Origin: an uncultured virus (IMG/VR IMGVR_UViG_3300047564_005847)
Lineage: Duplodnaviria; Heunggongvirae; Uroviricota; Caudoviricetes
Reading direction: 5' to 3' (one strand)
IMG/VR virus record: IMGVR_UViG_3300047564_005847
DNA: 20,000 nt
The notes below the pieces were generated by a model. The model saw only the letters and a list, made by a program, of their open reading frames with translations. It had not been told where the DNA came from and did no database searches. The position numbers and the translations under genes were made by a program. Below, one piece after another: positions 18,461 to 20,000 of this stretch (the stretch's first letter is position 1; each line of letters starts with the position of its first letter).

Positions 18461-19633
18461 ATGCACAATTTTATTAGTATCAATGCAAAGTGTATTGGAA
18501 CAATTTCTGATTTTAGGACAGATGGAAGTAGTTTTATACTAGAAAGTGATACTAAAAATGATGTTTGGAGTTGGTCATGTGACGCAACCTTAAACAGCCT
18601 GCGTCACATTTCCTTGGCAACTGATACTAAGGTAGCGTCGATTCCACCGTCTTCACACGTTACAGCGTGGGATACACTCGGCACTTCCCCTCCCTGGGCG
18701 CAGGCGCTTCCTCCCCACGTCTTCAAGAAATGGCTCCAGAAGTTCTCTGCTGATCTCCTAGCACTTCGCGACCGTTGGGCTGACAGTTACTATGGCCGTG
18801 ACTATCAAGTTCAACAGAGATTACTGCAGAGATTGCAGCAGCCTCACGTCGATATTAATGTCATCAAGCAGATCGATGACGATCGAGTGTCTGCATTCAA
18901 GCCTACTGAAGCCGAGCTAGCACCCAGATCGACATACGACATCTGGTCGTCTGTCACCGGACGTATGTCGATCTGTGAAGGCCCAAACATCCTCACACTC
19001 GACAAGCAGTACCGCAAGATCTTCAAGAGTCGCTATGCTGACGGTAAGATACTCCAGATCGACTTCACATCACTTGAACCCTGCGTCTGCTTGGCAATGC
19101 AGGGCAAGAAGTTTGACGGTGATGCTTACGCATGGGCAGCTGAGCAAATTGAGGTGCAGGTTCCGCGTGAAGTGCTCAAGACCGCGATCATGTCTGCGCT
19201 GTACGGTATGACACCTTCCAACTTTGCGAAGAAGTTTGCTGACATTCCTCACGCCAACGATCTTCTCTTCCAGGTGCGTGATGCCTTCGGTGTTGATGCC
19301 CTGACCAAGCGGCTACGAGAGCAGTTCGATGCCGAGGGGCACATCACGAACCACTTCGGGCGGATCATCAAGTGTGAGAAGAAGTCACCCTTTGTAGCTT
19401 ACGATGTCCAGTCAACTGCGGTGGACGTCGTCTGCCAAGGTTTCACGCACCTGCTTGATGAGCTTGAACGCGACAAGATCCAGATGACACCGCTCTACCT
19501 CATCCACGACGCGCTCATGGTTGATCTGGCACCTGAAGCGGTGCAGCATCTCGAAGAGCGCGTCAAGGATGGGATCCTCATTCCCACACTCGATTGTAAA
19601 ATGCCCCTCAAGTTGAAGACAATAGACGCATGA
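18461..19633 (+). CDS. Family A DNA polymerase, polymerase domain only (~390 aa)
   Basis: VTGRMS...GPNILTL, motif A DFTSLEP (19061), motif B REVLKTAIMSALYG (19166-19207), NHFGR, VQSTAVD, motif C IHDAL (19502). The start is ATG 18461 or GTG 18446. Confidence 0.88.
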   Translation: MHNFISINAKCIGTISDFRTDGSSFILESDTKNDVWSWSCDATLNSLRHISLATDTKVASIPPSSHVTAWDTLGTSPPWAQALPPHVFKKWLQKFSADLLALRDRWADSYYGRDYQVQQRLLQRLQQPHVDINVIKQIDDDRVSAFKPTEAELAPRSTYDIWSSVTGRMSICEGPNILTLDKQYRKIFKSRYADGKILQIDFTSLEPCVCLAMQGKKFDGDAYAWAAEQIEVQVPREVLKTAIMSALYGMTPSNFAKKFADIPHANDLLFQVRDAFGVDALTKRLREQFDAEGHITNHFGRIIKCEKKSPFVAYDVQSTAVDVVCQGFTHLLDELERDKIQMTPLYLIHDALMVDLAPEAVQHLEERVKDGILIPTLDCKMPLKLKTIDA

Positions 19634-20000
19634 GCACCGATAATCTCGAAAGTAACTACAATGTCTTCCGCAAGCTGACGCAGAAGTGCGGCAGTAGATC
19701 AGATGCACTTCTTAAACTGGTCGACGACCTTGGAGAGCGTCTTGTCGTCTGTCCTGGGCACGATCGCAGGGAGAAGTCAACAGCAAAGCCGGGCGGGCTC
19801 ATCGAGCACAGCCTCAATGTCGTCAAGACGATGCGAGCGCTGGAGAGCTCATCAACATTCGGTGTCGATCCTGAGAGCATGTTGATTGTCGGGCTGTTCC
19901 ATGACATCGGTCGCGTAGGCGACATGACATCAGACTACTACCTCACACAGACGTCTGACTGGCACCGTGACAAGGCAGGCATCCTCTACGTCTATAACCC
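19630..20000 (+). CDS. HD-domain metal-dependent phosphohydrolase, 3' end lies outside the window
   Basis: Not in the ORF track. It has an ATGA overlap with the polymerase stop and is open to the window end: MSTDNLESNYNVFRKLTQKCGSRSDALLKLVDDLGERLVVCPGHDRREKSTAKPGGLIEHSLNVVKTMRALE...IVGLFHDIGRVGD...YYLTQTSDWHRDKAGILYVYN. GGL.EHSL.V and HDIG (HD at 19900-19905) are HD-family motifs. Confidence 0.88.
   Translation, partial: MSTDNLESNYNVFRKLTQKCGSRSDALLKLVDDLGERLVVCPGHDRREKSTAKPGGLIEHSLNVVKTMRALESSSTFGVDPESMLIVGLFHDIGRVGDMTSDYYLTQTSDWHRDKAGILYVYN

Noticed and set aside
64..19766. Frequent CGATCG (about a dozen copies seen by eye), reminiscent of the cyanobacterial HIP1 core
   Set aside because: I saw only one full GCGATCGC (9052-9059). 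The hexamer is plausibly explained by favoured codons such as ACG-ATC-G and GAT-CG, and I did not test it statistically.
1..20000. Stop-codon reassignment as seen in some large phages
   Set aside because: Long ORFs tile the window under the standard code, and TGA, TAA and TAG all end genes at sensible positions.
1..20000. tRNA, rRNA, CRISPR array or insertion sequence
   Set aside because: Intergenic gaps are all under about 60 nt, and I saw no repeat-spacer pattern, cloverleaf or transposase.

Overview
The window is a gene-dense, entirely plus-strand piece of a large contractile-tailed (myovirus-type, T4-superfamily-like) phage genome read in the standard genetic code. Positions 1-18429 form a tail morphogenesis module. 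In order, it holds a 5'-truncated tail terminator/sheath stabiliser, two tandem ~1000-aa tail sheath paralogues, a tail tube, a zinc-finger baseplate/tail assembly chaperone followed by a short +1-frame ORF missing from the ORF track, a tape measure-like protein, a small ORF, a 1215-aa baseplate protein with a tube-initiator-like domain, a LysM/tail-X protein and a 1007-aa baseplate hub. A compact family A DNA polymerase and a 3'-truncated HD-domain hydrolase follow. The most notable observations are: (1) a candidate programmed +1 frameshift at TCC TTT TTT TGG directly upstream of the tape measure gene; (2) an exact GATAGTTA octamer before both sheath genes and the tube gene (candidate late promoter); (3) a terminator hairpin that also buries the next gene's ribosome binding site; (4) the duplicated giant sheath; and (5) a minimal PolA with Met at the 762-equivalent position, coupled to an HD protein. 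All product calls come from motif recall and gene order, not database searches.
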